From an uncultured Clostridia bacterium (GTDB lineage Bacteria > Bacillota > Clostridia > Christensenellales > UBA1242), in contig CALVTR010000002.1 of NCBI GenBank assembly GCA_944362965.1, positions 80,145 through 144,144 on the forward strand: a stretch of 64,000 nt of DNA. The letters run 5' to 3'. Within the stretch, counting starts at the first letter, position 1, and every line of letters starts with the position of its first letter. Under the pieces are notes generated by a model that searched no databases, had not been told where the DNA came from, and saw nothing but the letters and a program-made list of their open reading frames with translations. Positions 9,627 through 18,803 of the stretch are shown in pieces. The position numbers were made by a program, and so were the translations under genes.

Positions 9627-9989
9627 TTATTGAAGGATTGCGATAGCTATTGCCATAACAGGTGTGTGAGAAAGTGAAATCTCTATCTTTTTATCGGCAA
9701 AGTTTTGTTGATATTTTTCAAGTGCCTTTCCGTGCAAAATAACAATAGGCTTGCCACTCTCTTCATGAGAGAGTTCTATATCCTTAAATACAACGCCGCT
9801 ATTTTTGCCCATTTCAAGAGCTTTCATAACAGCTTCCTTTACGCAAAATAATGCACCCGTTCGTTGATGACGCAAACTTTCACAAAAAGATTTTTGAACA
9901 TACTCAATTTCCTTTTCGTTTGCGATTTTTTTTAAAAATTCTTCGCTTTTATCAACTCTTTCAATATCGATTATGTCAATTCCTACCAT
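9627..9989 (-). CDS. acpS: Holo-[acyl-carrier-protein] synthase
   Basis: MVGIDIIDIERV N-terminus and ISLSHT near the C-terminus. The internal Met at 9989 is the likely start. Synteny with mazEF matches Bacillus. Confidence 0.85.
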   Translation of the reverse strand: MVGIDIIDIERVDKSEEFLKKIANEKEIEYVQKSFCESLRHQRTGALFCVKEAVMKALEMGKNSGVVFKDIELSHEESGKPIVILHGKALEKYQQNFADKKIEISLSHTPVMAIAIAILQ

Positions 9990-10611
9990 TTTGAATTTCC
10001 TCCCATGCATTTGCAATTATTCCATAATCATAGCCCTTGCCTGCAAAGTGATTATAAAATTTTTGTTTGTTTTTTATATCAAATTCCTTATTTTTCATGT
10101 ATTTTAAAGCTAAATTTATTAAATTATCTTTTTCTTGCTCGTCACAAAGCAGCTGCTCAAGCTTTTCGTCTATCACGTTTTCTTTGATTCCTTTAGCAAG
10201 CAAATCATACTTCAGTTTACGCTTGCTTTTTGAATTTAAATAGGAATTTATATAATTTTCACAAAACGCAGTGTCATCAATATAGCCATATTCCTTAAGT
10301 TTTTCGCTTGCTTTTTCAATGCAACTTTTAGGATAACCCTTTTCACGCAGATAGTCTTTTAGCATCTTCTCACTTTTCATACTTTTTTCAAGAAGAGTAA
10401 GCCCCCTATTGAAACAAGCATAGTCGCCATTTTCAATCTTCAAATCTTCAAAAAAATCATCATCAAAAGACTGTCCCGTTTTTAGACAGTGTCTAGCAAG
10501 AATTTCCGCTTCATAAACACCAAAAAACTCATCATCAAGATAGAGATTATATCTAAGCCCCTTGCCTATCTTTTTTATTTCAGTTATTGTTTTCATATAT
10601 TTATTATACAA
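9976..10611 (-). CDS. recX: Recombination regulator RecX
   Basis: 211 aa with repeated three-helix modules (..LKDYLREKGYPKSCIEKASEKLKEYGYIDDTAFCENYINS..). Confidence 0.8.
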   Translation of the reverse strand: MYNKYMKTITEIKKIGKGLRYNLYLDDEFFGVYEAEILARHCLKTGQSFDDDFFEDLKIENGDYACFNRGLTLLEKSMKSEKMLKDYLREKGYPKSCIEKASEKLKEYGYIDDTAFCENYINSYLNSKSKRKLKYDLLAKGIKENVIDEKLEQLLCDEQEKDNLINLALKYMKNKEFDIKNKQKFYNHFAGKGYDYGIIANAWEEIQNGRN

Positions 10612-10668
10612 AAAAGCATAAAAATTTAAAAATTTTTTGCCGAATTTATTTAATTTTCAATTTTTATT

Positions 10669-11022
10669 CTACTTAAAAAGCTCCGACGTAACCCTAGCAT
10701 ATATGCGAACAAGTCCGCCAGCACCAAGTTTAACTCCACCAAAATAGCGAACAACAAACACGCATACATTTTGTGCGTCCTTCTTTTGCAGCACTGATAA
10801 AATTGGTCGACCTGCAGTGCCACCTGGCTCGCCATCATCAACCGCCTTTTCGTAGAATGGTGACTTAAGTCTGCAAGCCCAGCATATATGGGTCGCCTTT
10901 TTGTGTTCGCTCTTCAAAAAAGATAGCGCAGCCGTTATCTCATCAAGGCTACAACAAGAAAGCAGATATCCATAAAATTTTGACTTTTTTTCTATTATTT
11001 CTATTGTCTTTGTAAAGTTCAT
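10669..11022 (-). CDS. IMPACT/YigZ-family N-terminal domain protein (short form)
   Basis: The sequence HICWACRL...DDGEPGGTAGRPIL...VVRYFGGVKLGAGGL matches UPF0029. At 117 aa it lacks the usual C-terminal domain. Confidence 0.7.
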   Translation of the reverse strand: MNFTKTIEIIEKKSKFYGYLLSCCSLDEITAALSFLKSEHKKATHICWACRLKSPFYEKAVDDGEPGGTAGRPILSVLQKKDAQNVCVFVVRYFGGVKLGAGGLVRIYARVTSELFK

Positions 11023-11023
11023 G

Positions 11024-11206
11024 TTAATCTTCTAGTCCACACAAATAGTCAGTTGACACATTGAAAAATTTTGCGATAATGACAACCATTTCTAAATTCG
11101 GTATTTGTAGCCCACGCTCCCAGCGGCTAATTGCAATAACACTACAATGTAATTTATCCGCAAGTTCGGTCATCGTCATGTTTTTCTCTATGCGTAATTC
11201 TTTCAA
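11024..11206 (-). CDS. Small XRE-family HTH regulator
   Basis: 60 aa, MTELADKLHCSVIAISRWERGLQIPNLEMVVIIAKFFNVSTDYL. Confidence 0.75.
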   Translation of the reverse strand: MKELRIEKNMTMTELADKLHCSVIAISRWERGLQIPNLEMVVIIAKFFNVSTDYLCGLED

Positions 11207-11557
11207 TCTTTTTGCAAATTTTTCATAATCATTTCAAAATAATTATAAAACAAAAAGATTTAAAATTTTTCACTTTTGCCAATCGGCATAATAAAAGTTT
11301 GACTTTTAGTGTTTTTCTCCTTATTTAAAATTTTTTATAACTGTTTGGTTAAATTGAATTTTTTTATTTATTTTTATTTTATAATTTCACCATGCTCACC
11401 TTATTATACAATATCAGTCGTGCTTAATCAAAGGTTTTTGACAATTTCTAAAAACATAAAAATATTTGTTTAATAAATTTCATGTCCATTTGGACAATTA
11501 AACAAATTTTAAAAATTAATTTGTTATAGTAAGGTGAAATTTTAAAAGGAGAAATAT

Positions 11558-11806
11558 ATGAAAAACAAAAGTAAAAAAAGAAATCTTGAAGGACTTATTA
11601 ATATTGAATTAATACTTGATTTTATACAAAAAAATAAGCTTTCAAAATCCGCCTTTGCTAAGACTTGTGGAATATCAACTGCCCTGCTTACAAAAATTCT
11701 AAACGGCTATTGCGATATGGGCACATCAAAAGTCGTTAAAATTGCAAAAGCTATGGGTGTTAAATTTACACAATTAATTAATGATGACAAGGCTAATAAC
11801 TTTTAA
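11558..11806 (+). CDS. Small XRE-family HTH regulator
   Basis: 82 aa, LSKSAFAKTCGISTALLTKILNG. It is divergent from 11024..11206 across a 350-nt AT-rich spacer. Confidence 0.7.
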   Translation: MKNKSKKRNLEGLINIELILDFIQKNKLSKSAFAKTCGISTALLTKILNGYCDMGTSKVVKIAKAMGVKFTQLINDDKANNF

Positions 11807-12021
11807 CATTTATGTCCGCATGTAAATTAGTCCGTCTTTTTACTAAAAATTGCGAAAAATAAATGTTTATTACACTTAATAAATTTTATCAATGATCTTT
11901 TGATAGTTATAAGTTTTGTCCAAAAAAACTTCACATTTAAACTAGCAAAACATTTTTTAAAATCTTTTGCAACAGACTTACACAAAAGTTATTAATAAAA
12001 CTCGGTAAATAGATAAATAAG

Positions 12022-12395
12022 CAAAGCTGCCGCAAGGTAGAATGTCTTGCGGCGTCGGAGCGTATATAATCGGAGCAGAGCGACACCGCATATTGCCCGT
12101 GTGAGCCTCAGCGAACGTGGGCAGCGGAGCGTGCGAACGGAGTGAGCGTGCGAAGCCAAAAGCGGAGCGGAACGAAGTGAAAGCGGAGCGGAAAGCGGAA
12201 TTGCAGCTGCGTCGTAAGTGCAGCTGCGATGGAGCGCGAAAGCGAGCATAAGCGGTGCGTCAAGGGGTGCACCGCTTGTGCGAGCGGAGCAAGTTGCGAG
12301 CGTGGCGAAGCCGTGCGAGCAAAAAGCGAACGCAGTGAGCAAGCGATGCGAGCGTATGAGCCTTGCGAATGAGCGAGCGGAGCGGAGCGAGTTGA
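12022..12395. repeat. GC-rich structured repeat, copy A (longest)
   Basis: A GC-rich island (clearly above 60% by eye) in an AT-rich genome. Positions 12081..12320 align with 17074..17279. It contains the 13-bp hairpin gcataagcggtgc-N9-gcaccgcttgtgc and many GAGCG/GCGAGC words. Confidence 0.7.
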
Positions 12396-12664
12396 ACAAA
12401 CGAAAAAATAAAAAATACTTTTTTTGTATTCAAGTAAAACGGATTGTTTACGTGAATTAACCCTGCAAAATAAAACATTTACAAAATTATCAAAAAAGTT
12501 TAAATATATTTTTACAAGAATAATAATTAAAAAATATGTTTATTTAAAATCCATATTTTTTAAAAAAATTATAAATAAAAATGACAAAATAATACAAAAT
12601 ATATATATTGATTGCTTTATTATTTTTATTATGTTATAATAAAGCGAAAATACGGAGAATAATT

Positions 12665-13513
12665 ATGTTTTTTGAATACTTAAAAAATTTTGACGATTAT
12701 AGTCTTTTTTCTACAACACATATTTTGCATATTGTTTTTTGCATTGCGATAGCCATTATTCTTGCAATAGTTTTACGAAAGCTAAATAGCAAGCATCAGC
12801 GAATTGTTGGCATTGTTATTGCAAGTGTTGTTATTACGCTGCATATTGCAACTCAAGTTTGGCGTGCTGCTTCTTTTGCAGACGGAAGGTCAAAAGGGAT
12901 AATTGAAAGTGTGGCTTATCTTGTGATGCCTAACGAAATTCTACCTTTTCAACTTTGCAGTATGTTATGTTTCTTAATTCCTATCTGTGTTATGTTAAAT
13001 AAACAATGGATGTATAATGCTCTCGCGCCAATTTGCGTTATCGCAGGCTTTTTATATTTCTTCTTCCCAGATGGAATTATAAATCGCTATCCACCTTTCA
13101 GTTTTAGAGTTCTTGAGAGTATGCTTGTTCATACAGCAATTCTTTTCTATGGCATCTATCTATTCACAAGCAAAAAAGTTGTATTTAAACTTAAAAATAT
13201 GCGTGAAGTTTTCGCGTCCGCTGCTGTTCTCTTTGGCATCGCCATAATTATGAATGTTATAATAACAAACTTTGACCCTAACGTTGACTTCTTCTATATG
13301 ATGAAAGGTTTTGGGCTTGGACTTCACCCTGCAGTTAACGCAATTATAATTGCTCTTGTTGGGACTGCCCTATTCTTTGCGGTATATGGTATATGTCAGC
13401 TATGTTATAAATTGTCCGCAATTTATCAAGAAAAGAAACAACAAAGACTTGCAGTTGCTATTGAAGGAAATATAACACAAGAAGAAAATAACGAAAAAGA
13501 TAACAAAAAATAA
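12665..13513 (+). CDS. Polytopic integral membrane protein (YwaF/TIGR02206-like, tentative)
   Basis: About 7 predicted TM helices. The ATG at 12665, preceded by GGAGA, is preferred over the track start. Confidence 0.55.
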   Translation: MFFEYLKNFDDYSLFSTTHILHIVFCIAIAIILAIVLRKLNSKHQRIVGIVIASVVITLHIATQVWRAASFADGRSKGIIESVAYLVMPNEILPFQLCSMLCFLIPICVMLNKQWMYNALAPICVIAGFLYFFFPDGIINRYPPFSFRVLESMLVHTAILFYGIYLFTSKKVVFKLKNMREVFASAAVLFGIAIIMNVIITNFDPNVDFFYMMKGFGLGLHPAVNAIIIALVGTALFFAVYGICQLCYKLSAIYQEKKQQRLAVAIEGNITQEENNEKDNKK

Positions 13514-13540
13514 AAAGCGTAATTTTTTTACGCTTTTTAT
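13513..13540 (+). terminator. Rho-independent terminator
   Basis: aaaagcgtaa-ttttt-ttacgctttt plus a T run right after the stop. Confidence 0.7.
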
Positions 13541-13605
13541 TTTTCATCCACTTTCTTAGCTTATACATTCAACAAATTTTGCTTTTTAGATAAACTCGGG
13601 GCTTT

Positions 13606-13700
13606 ATAGGCAGCGGAAATTATTTGCTTTAAGCAAACAAAATTGCGATAGCAATTTTAAAATTTTAACTTAGTTAAAATTTTATTTTCGCTGCCCCTAT
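13606..13700. repeat. Three-hairpin junction element E5
   Basis: Bulged closing stem ataggcagcggaaat/attttcgctgcccctat. Hairpins are tttgctt-t-aagcaaa, aaaattgc-gata-gcaatttt and aaaattttaact-t-agttaaaatttt. Confidence 0.55.
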
Positions 13701-13736
13701 GTTATTATAAACATATAACTTATAATCAAAATCAAA

Positions 13737-15521
13737 TTACTTTAAAACAACCTTTATAAAGCTCTTTTTGCCTTTTTTAAGCAAAATTGAGCCATTTTCA
13801 AAGTCTTTTTCAAATATTTTCAATGAGAAGTCACTTATCTTTTCACCTTTAACAGAGATAGCCCCACCTTGGATAAGGCGTCTTGCCTCGCTCTTAGAAG
13901 GTGCAAGCTTAGTTGCAAACAAAAGGTCACAAATAGGCATCCCATCTTTGAAATCTTCTTTTGAAACTTCAAAAGTTGGAGCATCATCACCACCTTGTGT
14001 GAATAAGTTTTCGCTCATTTCTCTAGCCTTAACGGCATCTTCTTCGCCGCGAACAAATTTTGTTATTTCAAAGCATAGAAGTTTTTTTGCTTTGACTATA
14101 TCTTCTTTGATGAGTGCTCGAACCTTTTCCATTGGCTCATCAGTGAAGAGTGCAAACATCATTTCAACACATGCGTCTGGAGTTTGGTAAATACCTTGAT
14201 AAAAATCATAAGCAGAAATCTTATCTTTATCAATCCATATTGCACCCTTTTCAGTTTTGCCCATCTTTTTACCTTCTGGAGTTAAAAGTAGCGGATTTGT
14301 TGCACCAACCATGTTTCTTTCCTTGCCGTCAGCAAAGCTAAGTTTGCGTGCAAGTTTAACACCTGCTGCGATATTTCCCCATTGGTCTGCGCCGCCCCAT
14401 TCAAGAGAACAACCATACTGCTCATTCAAATGAACAAAGTCATAAGCCTGCATTGGCATGTAACCCATTTCAAAGAAAGTTAGTCCGCCTTCTTTCAAAC
14501 GGTTGTCATAGATTTCGCTTGACATCATTTCATTTACGTTGAAGTATTGACCTATATCACGCATAAAATCAATGTATGTGAGATTTTTAAACCAATCATA
14601 GTTATTGACAATTTCCGCTTTATTTTCGCCTTCAAAATCAAGAAAAACCTTTAAAGTGTCTTTGATTTTATCAATATTTGATTGTATTTGTTCTTTTGAC
14701 ATAAGCTTTCGCATATCACTTTTGCCTGACGGGTCACCGATGCAAGCAGTTGCCCCGCCCATCAAAAGATATACCTTATGCCCTGCCTTTTGGAAGCGTC
14801 TCATAATTACGTATGGCACGCAATGACCTATATGAAGGCTATCTGCGGTTGGGTCAGTTCCTTCATAAACGGCAATAGGTTTTCCGCTCTCAAGCATTTT
14901 TTTGAGAGCATCTTCATCAGTGCATTGGTATAAAAGTCCCCTTTCTTTTAATTCTTTAAACAAATTTGTATCTACTTTCATATTTTTCTCCTTTTCTAAA
15001 TCAAAATCGTATCTATTAAAATCTTCACCGCGAAACTCAATTTTATCTCTTAATTTCCCGTCATTTCGCTCAATACACTTTCTGCTTGCAATATTGCTTG
15101 ATTTGCAAGTTAAAAGCACCTTTTGTATCCCTAGTTTTTTGCATTCTTCTAATGCTAATTTTAATCCTATTGTGGCATAGCCTTTCCCCCTTTCGCTTAG
15201 ACGTATGCCATAACCAATATGCCCGCCAACAGTAGAAAGAAAGTCTGTTGCTATGCTATGTCTTATAGAAATATGTCCTAAAATTCTGTCTTCACCTTTA
15301 CGCTTTAAAAAGAAAACTGACGAAGGCACTCTTCCTTCTTCTAGATTGCGCCCTTCTCTTTCATCCTGCTTTATGTTTAGCCAGCTTTCATAGTCATCAC
15401 CTATTTTAAAATCAAGTGGTTTTGATTCTGGATTTGACTTATGAAATTCGTCTATATATGCAAGCCAATCTTTTTTATCACTTAATGCTGGAAAAGCTAA
15501 AATAAATTTATTTTCTTCCAT
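13737..15521 (-). CDS. tyrS: Tyrosine--tRNA ligase with in-frame N-terminal GNAT acetyltransferase domain
   Basis: Residues 181-594 are a complete TyrRS (LHIGH, KMGKT, C-terminal S4 domain). Residues 1-180 are GNAT-like (GYGIRLSERGKGYATIGLKLALEE). No stop separates them. The internal ATG at 14981 has its own AAGGAG SD 7 nt upstream. Confidence 0.9.
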   Translation of the reverse strand: MEENKFILAFPALSDKKDWLAYIDEFHKSNPESKPLDFKIGDDYESWLNIKQDEREGRNLEEGRVPSSVFFLKRKGEDRILGHISIRHSIATDFLSTVGGHIGYGIRLSERGKGYATIGLKLALEECKKLGIQKVLLTCKSSNIASRKCIERNDGKLRDKIEFRGEDFNRYDFDLEKEKNMKVDTNLFKELKERGLLYQCTDEDALKKMLESGKPIAVYEGTDPTADSLHIGHCVPYVIMRRFQKAGHKVYLLMGGATACIGDPSGKSDMRKLMSKEQIQSNIDKIKDTLKVFLDFEGENKAEIVNNYDWFKNLTYIDFMRDIGQYFNVNEMMSSEIYDNRLKEGGLTFFEMGYMPMQAYDFVHLNEQYGCSLEWGGADQWGNIAAGVKLARKLSFADGKERNMVGATNPLLLTPEGKKMGKTEKGAIWIDKDKISAYDFYQGIYQTPDACVEMMFALFTDEPMEKVRALIKEDIVKAKKLLCFEITKFVRGEEDAVKAREMSENLFTQGGDDAPTFEVSKEDFKDGMPICDLLFATKLAPSKSEARRLIQGGAISVKGEKISDFSLKIFEKDFENGSILLKKGKKSFIKVVLK

Positions 15522-15556
15522 AATTTTTCTCCTTTATCTAATTTTTATATAAATTT

Positions 15557-16669
15557 TTAATTTTCTATAATAATAAGTGGCAACAGCATTTCTCGTTTTG
15601 ACAAGCCTGTATGATGCCCCTTATATCTATGGCTATTTTCTTTAAACAAAACTATTTTATTATAATTTTTCACAACACCTATATAGTCGCCTAAATAGCT
15701 AAGCTTATCTGTTTTTGTGCCAAAATAATTTTTATTGATAAGTTCTTGCGACCTATAAAGTTTTATATCCTTCTTATATTTTTTCATTTCATGCAAAAAA
15801 TTTTGTTCTTGACCTTCTTTTACTTGAAAAGCAAAGGCGCGTGGTTCTAGATATATTGGCACTTTAAGCGTGTCAAGAAGCGGCTTATCTTTATAAATTT
15901 CAATATACTCGTCTATGTCAGTTTGACCGTGGTCTGGAGTTATGATTACAAGTGTATTTTTATTATTTTTGACAAAATTTTCAATTTTTTCATTCAAATA
16001 ATTGATAATTTCTTTCGCTTTGTTGCTATTTACGCCATACTCATGCATTGTGCAATCTGGGTTTTCATTATAGCAATAGATAAATTGTTTGCCATCTTTC
16101 TTGCATATTTCATCAAGTTGTGAAAACATTTCATCATTTGTTTTATAATGATAATTTTTGCCCTTTTCCATTGTGATATATGGCGGTGAAATGATATTTA
16201 TTTGATAATCTGTGTTTGTTCTGTCAGTATATGGCGAAATTTTTATAATATCTTCAATTTTTGACATATCAATAGGTTCGCCGCTATATTCGTCTTTGCC
16301 TGTATAAACAGCAACAACGCGGTCTAGTTCTTTAAAATACATGCTCCAGCCGAACATAACATTTTTTGATGGATAATTTGCACATCGAAGCACTGTTGTT
16401 GCATTGGTTGTTGTTGATGGAAAAACTGAAGTTATCGTTTTCTTTATATTCTTATACAAAAATTGGTCCTTTGTTAAATTTGATTTTAAAGGAAAAAGCC
16501 CAAGTCCGTCAAGATTTATATAAACCACATTTTTATATTGTTTTGACAAGCTTTTTTGCAAAATTTTAACTCTTTTTACGTCTTCTAAATCATTGCAGCC
16601 TAAAAATTCAGCAATAGTTGTGCTGACATTTAATATTGAATTTTTAAAATTTGGCTTTATAAATCTCAT
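15557..16669 (-). CDS. Alkaline-phosphatase-superfamily enzyme (nucleotide pyrophosphatase/phosphodiesterase-like)
   Basis: YINLDGLG, a VFPSTTTNATT nucleophile-type motif and ITPDHGQTD. It is the first gene behind the Tyr T-box. Confidence 0.65.
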   Translation of the reverse strand: MRFIKPNFKNSILNVSTTIAEFLGCNDLEDVKRVKILQKSLSKQYKNVVYINLDGLGLFPLKSNLTKDQFLYKNIKKTITSVFPSTTTNATTVLRCANYPSKNVMFGWSMYFKELDRVVAVYTGKDEYSGEPIDMSKIEDIIKISPYTDRTNTDYQINIISPPYITMEKGKNYHYKTNDEMFSQLDEICKKDGKQFIYCYNENPDCTMHEYGVNSNKAKEIINYLNEKIENFVKNNKNTLVIITPDHGQTDIDEYIEIYKDKPLLDTLKVPIYLEPRAFAFQVKEGQEQNFLHEMKKYKKDIKLYRSQELINKNYFGTKTDKLSYLGDYIGVVKNYNKIVLFKENSHRYKGHHTGLSKREMLLPLIIIEN

Positions 16670-16683
16670 AATTTTCTCCTTAC

Positions 16684-16925
16684 AAAAAAAACACGCCGGC
16701 CTAAAGTTTTAGGACGAGCGTGCTCGTGGTACCACCTAAATTTATGCGAGGACAACCAAAAACATAGATTTTTTTCTGTCTTTGCACCTTATTTTCTCGT
16801 TCGTGAGAATAACGCAAAACTTGAAATAAATGTAATTCGCTTTATAGTGTCATTCAGGCTTTCACCAACCGCCCTATCTCTTTATGCCCATTTATAAAAC
16901 TACTGATTTTACTCCGCCATTTTGT
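16684..16925 (-). promoter_or_regulatory. T-box riboswitch leader (probable Tyr specifier)
   Basis: The minus strand shows AAAGAGATAGG, GGTGAAAG, the T-box AAATTTAGGTGGTACCACGAGC and a terminator ending in a T run. A UAC triplet (GAAUUACAUU) lies in the specifier region, and tyrS is downstream. Confidence 0.8.
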
Positions 16926-17064
16926 TTTTGCTAAAAAATTACTGCAATAAGCATATAATTTATTTTATTATAAAAGTTGAAAATCAAATTGTCAACACTT
17001 ATTTGAAATTTTATAAAAATATTTAAAAAAGGTCAATGTATTGCAATTTAATTTTATAAATTGG

Positions 17065-17330
17065 AACGAAAGTGACACCGCATGTTGCCCGTGTGAGCTA
17101 TAGCGAACGTGGGCACGCGGAGCGTGCGAGCAAAGCGAGCGTGCGGAGCGAAGAGCGGAATTGCAGCGTCACGTGAAGTGGTGCTGCGATGGAGCATAAA
17201 AGCGAGCATAAGCGGTGCGTCAGGGGTGCACCGCTTATGCGAGCGGAGCAAGTTGCGAGCGTGGCGAAGCCGTGCGAGCGGAGCGGAAAGTAAGAGAATG
17301 AACCTAGCGAGTGTGTGAGCGGATAAGAAG
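17065..17330. repeat. GC-rich structured repeat, copy B
   Basis: Aligns with copy A. It shares gacaccgcatgttgcccgtgtgagc and the perfect 13-bp hairpin gcataagcggtgc-gtcaggggt-gcaccgcttatgc, followed by gagcggagcaagttgcgagcgtggcgaagccgtgcgagc. Confidence 0.7.
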
Positions 17331-17486
17331 AGATAATTCTATAATCAGTAGAATATAAGAAATAACAAGTCCATTTTGAGAACGAAACAAAAGAGGCGGA
17401 AAAATAAAGTTAATTTAATAAATCTAAATGAAAAAAACAAAATAAAAGTAGAACGAAGAAAAAAACTAAATTACAGGTAAATTTGG

Positions 17487-17663
17487 ACGAAGAGATGAGC
17501 GAGCATAAGCGGTGCGTCAGGGGTGCACCGCTTATGCGAGCGGAGCAAGCTGCGAGCGTGATCGTAGGTCGTGCGAGCGGAGCGAAGCAGGAAAACAAAA
17601 TTAAAAAACAAAATAAAAAATGTGTAAATAAAGCTTTTACGCCGTGCGAGAAGGAAAGCACGT
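17487..17663. repeat. GC-rich structured repeat, copy C (partial)
   Basis: Repeats the hairpin core gagcgagcataagcggtgcgtcaggggtgcaccgcttatgcgagcggagcaag. A further fragment, acgccgtgcgag, lies at about 17640. Confidence 0.6.
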
Positions 17664-17765
17664 AATATGGCAAAGTAAAATTTTTTTAAAATTAAAAATA
17701 CAAAAAAAATAATGAAAAATATTCTTACAATAAAATACCAGTTCACTGGTGATTTTAATTTTAGT

Positions 17766-17860
17766 TACTTATTCTCTTTATTATAATTTGTTTCAATGTT
17801 TGTTGTGTCGATATCTTCCACATTTATTATTGTTCCATTAACTGACTCTTCTGTCTCTTT
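17766..17860 (-). pseudogene. Remnant of a duplicated 3' end of the neighbouring membrane-protein gene
   Basis: The minus-strand translation ..EESVNGTIINVEDIDTTNIETNYNKENK* parallels the C-terminus ..TNETIINVEDNSTQTNDTTNTETYNNEENK* of 17941..18639. No start codon is present. Confidence 0.5.
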
Positions 17861-17940
17861 TATCTGTTTGATAAAAAAACTTTTAAGATTGTTATCAAAA
17901 AAAGCCATCAATTTCTTGATGGCTTTGCTTATTACATTTG

Positions 17941-18639
17941 TTATTTATTCTCTTCGTTATTATATGTTTCGGTGTTTGTTGTGTCGTTTGTTTGCGTGCT
18001 ATTATCTTCTACGTTTATTATTGTTTCATTAGTTGTTGTTCCTGTTGTTGCATTGTCCTTAGGTTCTGTATCAATAACTACAGGTTGGGCATTTTTTGTT
18101 TTTAAATATAATTTATATGAATATTCAGCAACCCAAATTAAGCCTATTGTTACAACACCCATGACAATTACAAAGGCAATCATACCACCACAAACAAAGG
18201 TTTCTCCAGTATCGGCATCTCTTATGCCAAACATACCCATTGTTATAACTTGATCGCTTGCCCAATACTGATCTTTTTCAGTTTGAGAGAGTGCATTGTA
18301 TTCGTCAACTGCCTGTCTATAGTCTTCTTCTGTGTAAGTTCCATTTGAGCCATCTCCTTTAGCACCAATCATGCCAACTTGGCTGCCGTTTGTGATTATG
18401 TAAATATCAGTAGAAACATTTGTGTTTCCGTCAGAGACTTTTAGAGTCATGGTCTTACTGCTATTAATTGTCATTGACATTTTTACGCCTTCAATGTTAG
18501 CTGTATATGCCATGTTATAGTTGATAGGTCTTACAAGAACGTATATGTAGATTATTGCAAGTATTGCTGCAACTACCACAAGTGCTATCATGACACCCTT
18601 TTTCTTTAAAAATTCATTTGCTTTTTCTTTAAACTTCAT
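17941..18639 (-). CDS. Membrane protein with T/N-rich C-terminal tail (unknown function)
   Basis: 232 aa with an N-terminal TM, a second TM near residue 150, and a low-complexity Thr/Asn tail. Confidence 0.6.
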   Translation of the reverse strand: MKFKEKANEFLKKKGVMIALVVVAAILAIIYIYVLVRPINYNMAYTANIEGVKMSMTINSSKTMTLKVSDGNTNVSTDIYIITNGSQVGMIGAKGDGSNGTYTEEDYRQAVDEYNALSQTEKDQYWASDQVITMGMFGIRDADTGETFVCGGMIAFVIVMGVVTIGLIWVAEYSYKLYLKTKNAQPVVIDTEPKDNATTGTTTNETIINVEDNSTQTNDTTNTETYNNEENK

Positions 18640-18803
18640 ATTTCTCTCCTTAAAGTTATTATAACATAATAATATATAATTTACAAGTAAAATGTTGTTT
18701 TTCGCCTTTTAAATTATTAATTTATTTAATTAATTATATTTTATCATTTTATTTTGAAATTTGAGTTAGTTTCCCTATAATAAATATTGGAGGAAATAAA
18801 TTT

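Noticed and set aside
11992-12478. ORFs 11992..12399(-), 12218..12460(+) and 12260..12478(-) over GC-rich repeat A
   Set aside because: They are open on both strands only because the GC-rich sequence lacks stop codons. Homologous copies B and C differ by indels that shift every frame. There is no RBS, and the composition is Ala/Arg/Ser-rich. I treat this region as a non-coding repeat.
17054-17746. ORFs 17054..17251(-), 17109..17318(+), 17410..17673(-), 17471..17746(-) and 17483..17665(+)
   Set aside because: The reasoning is the same as for copy A. These are mutually overlapping frames across repeats B and C, and the peptide similarity between copies breaks at loop indels.
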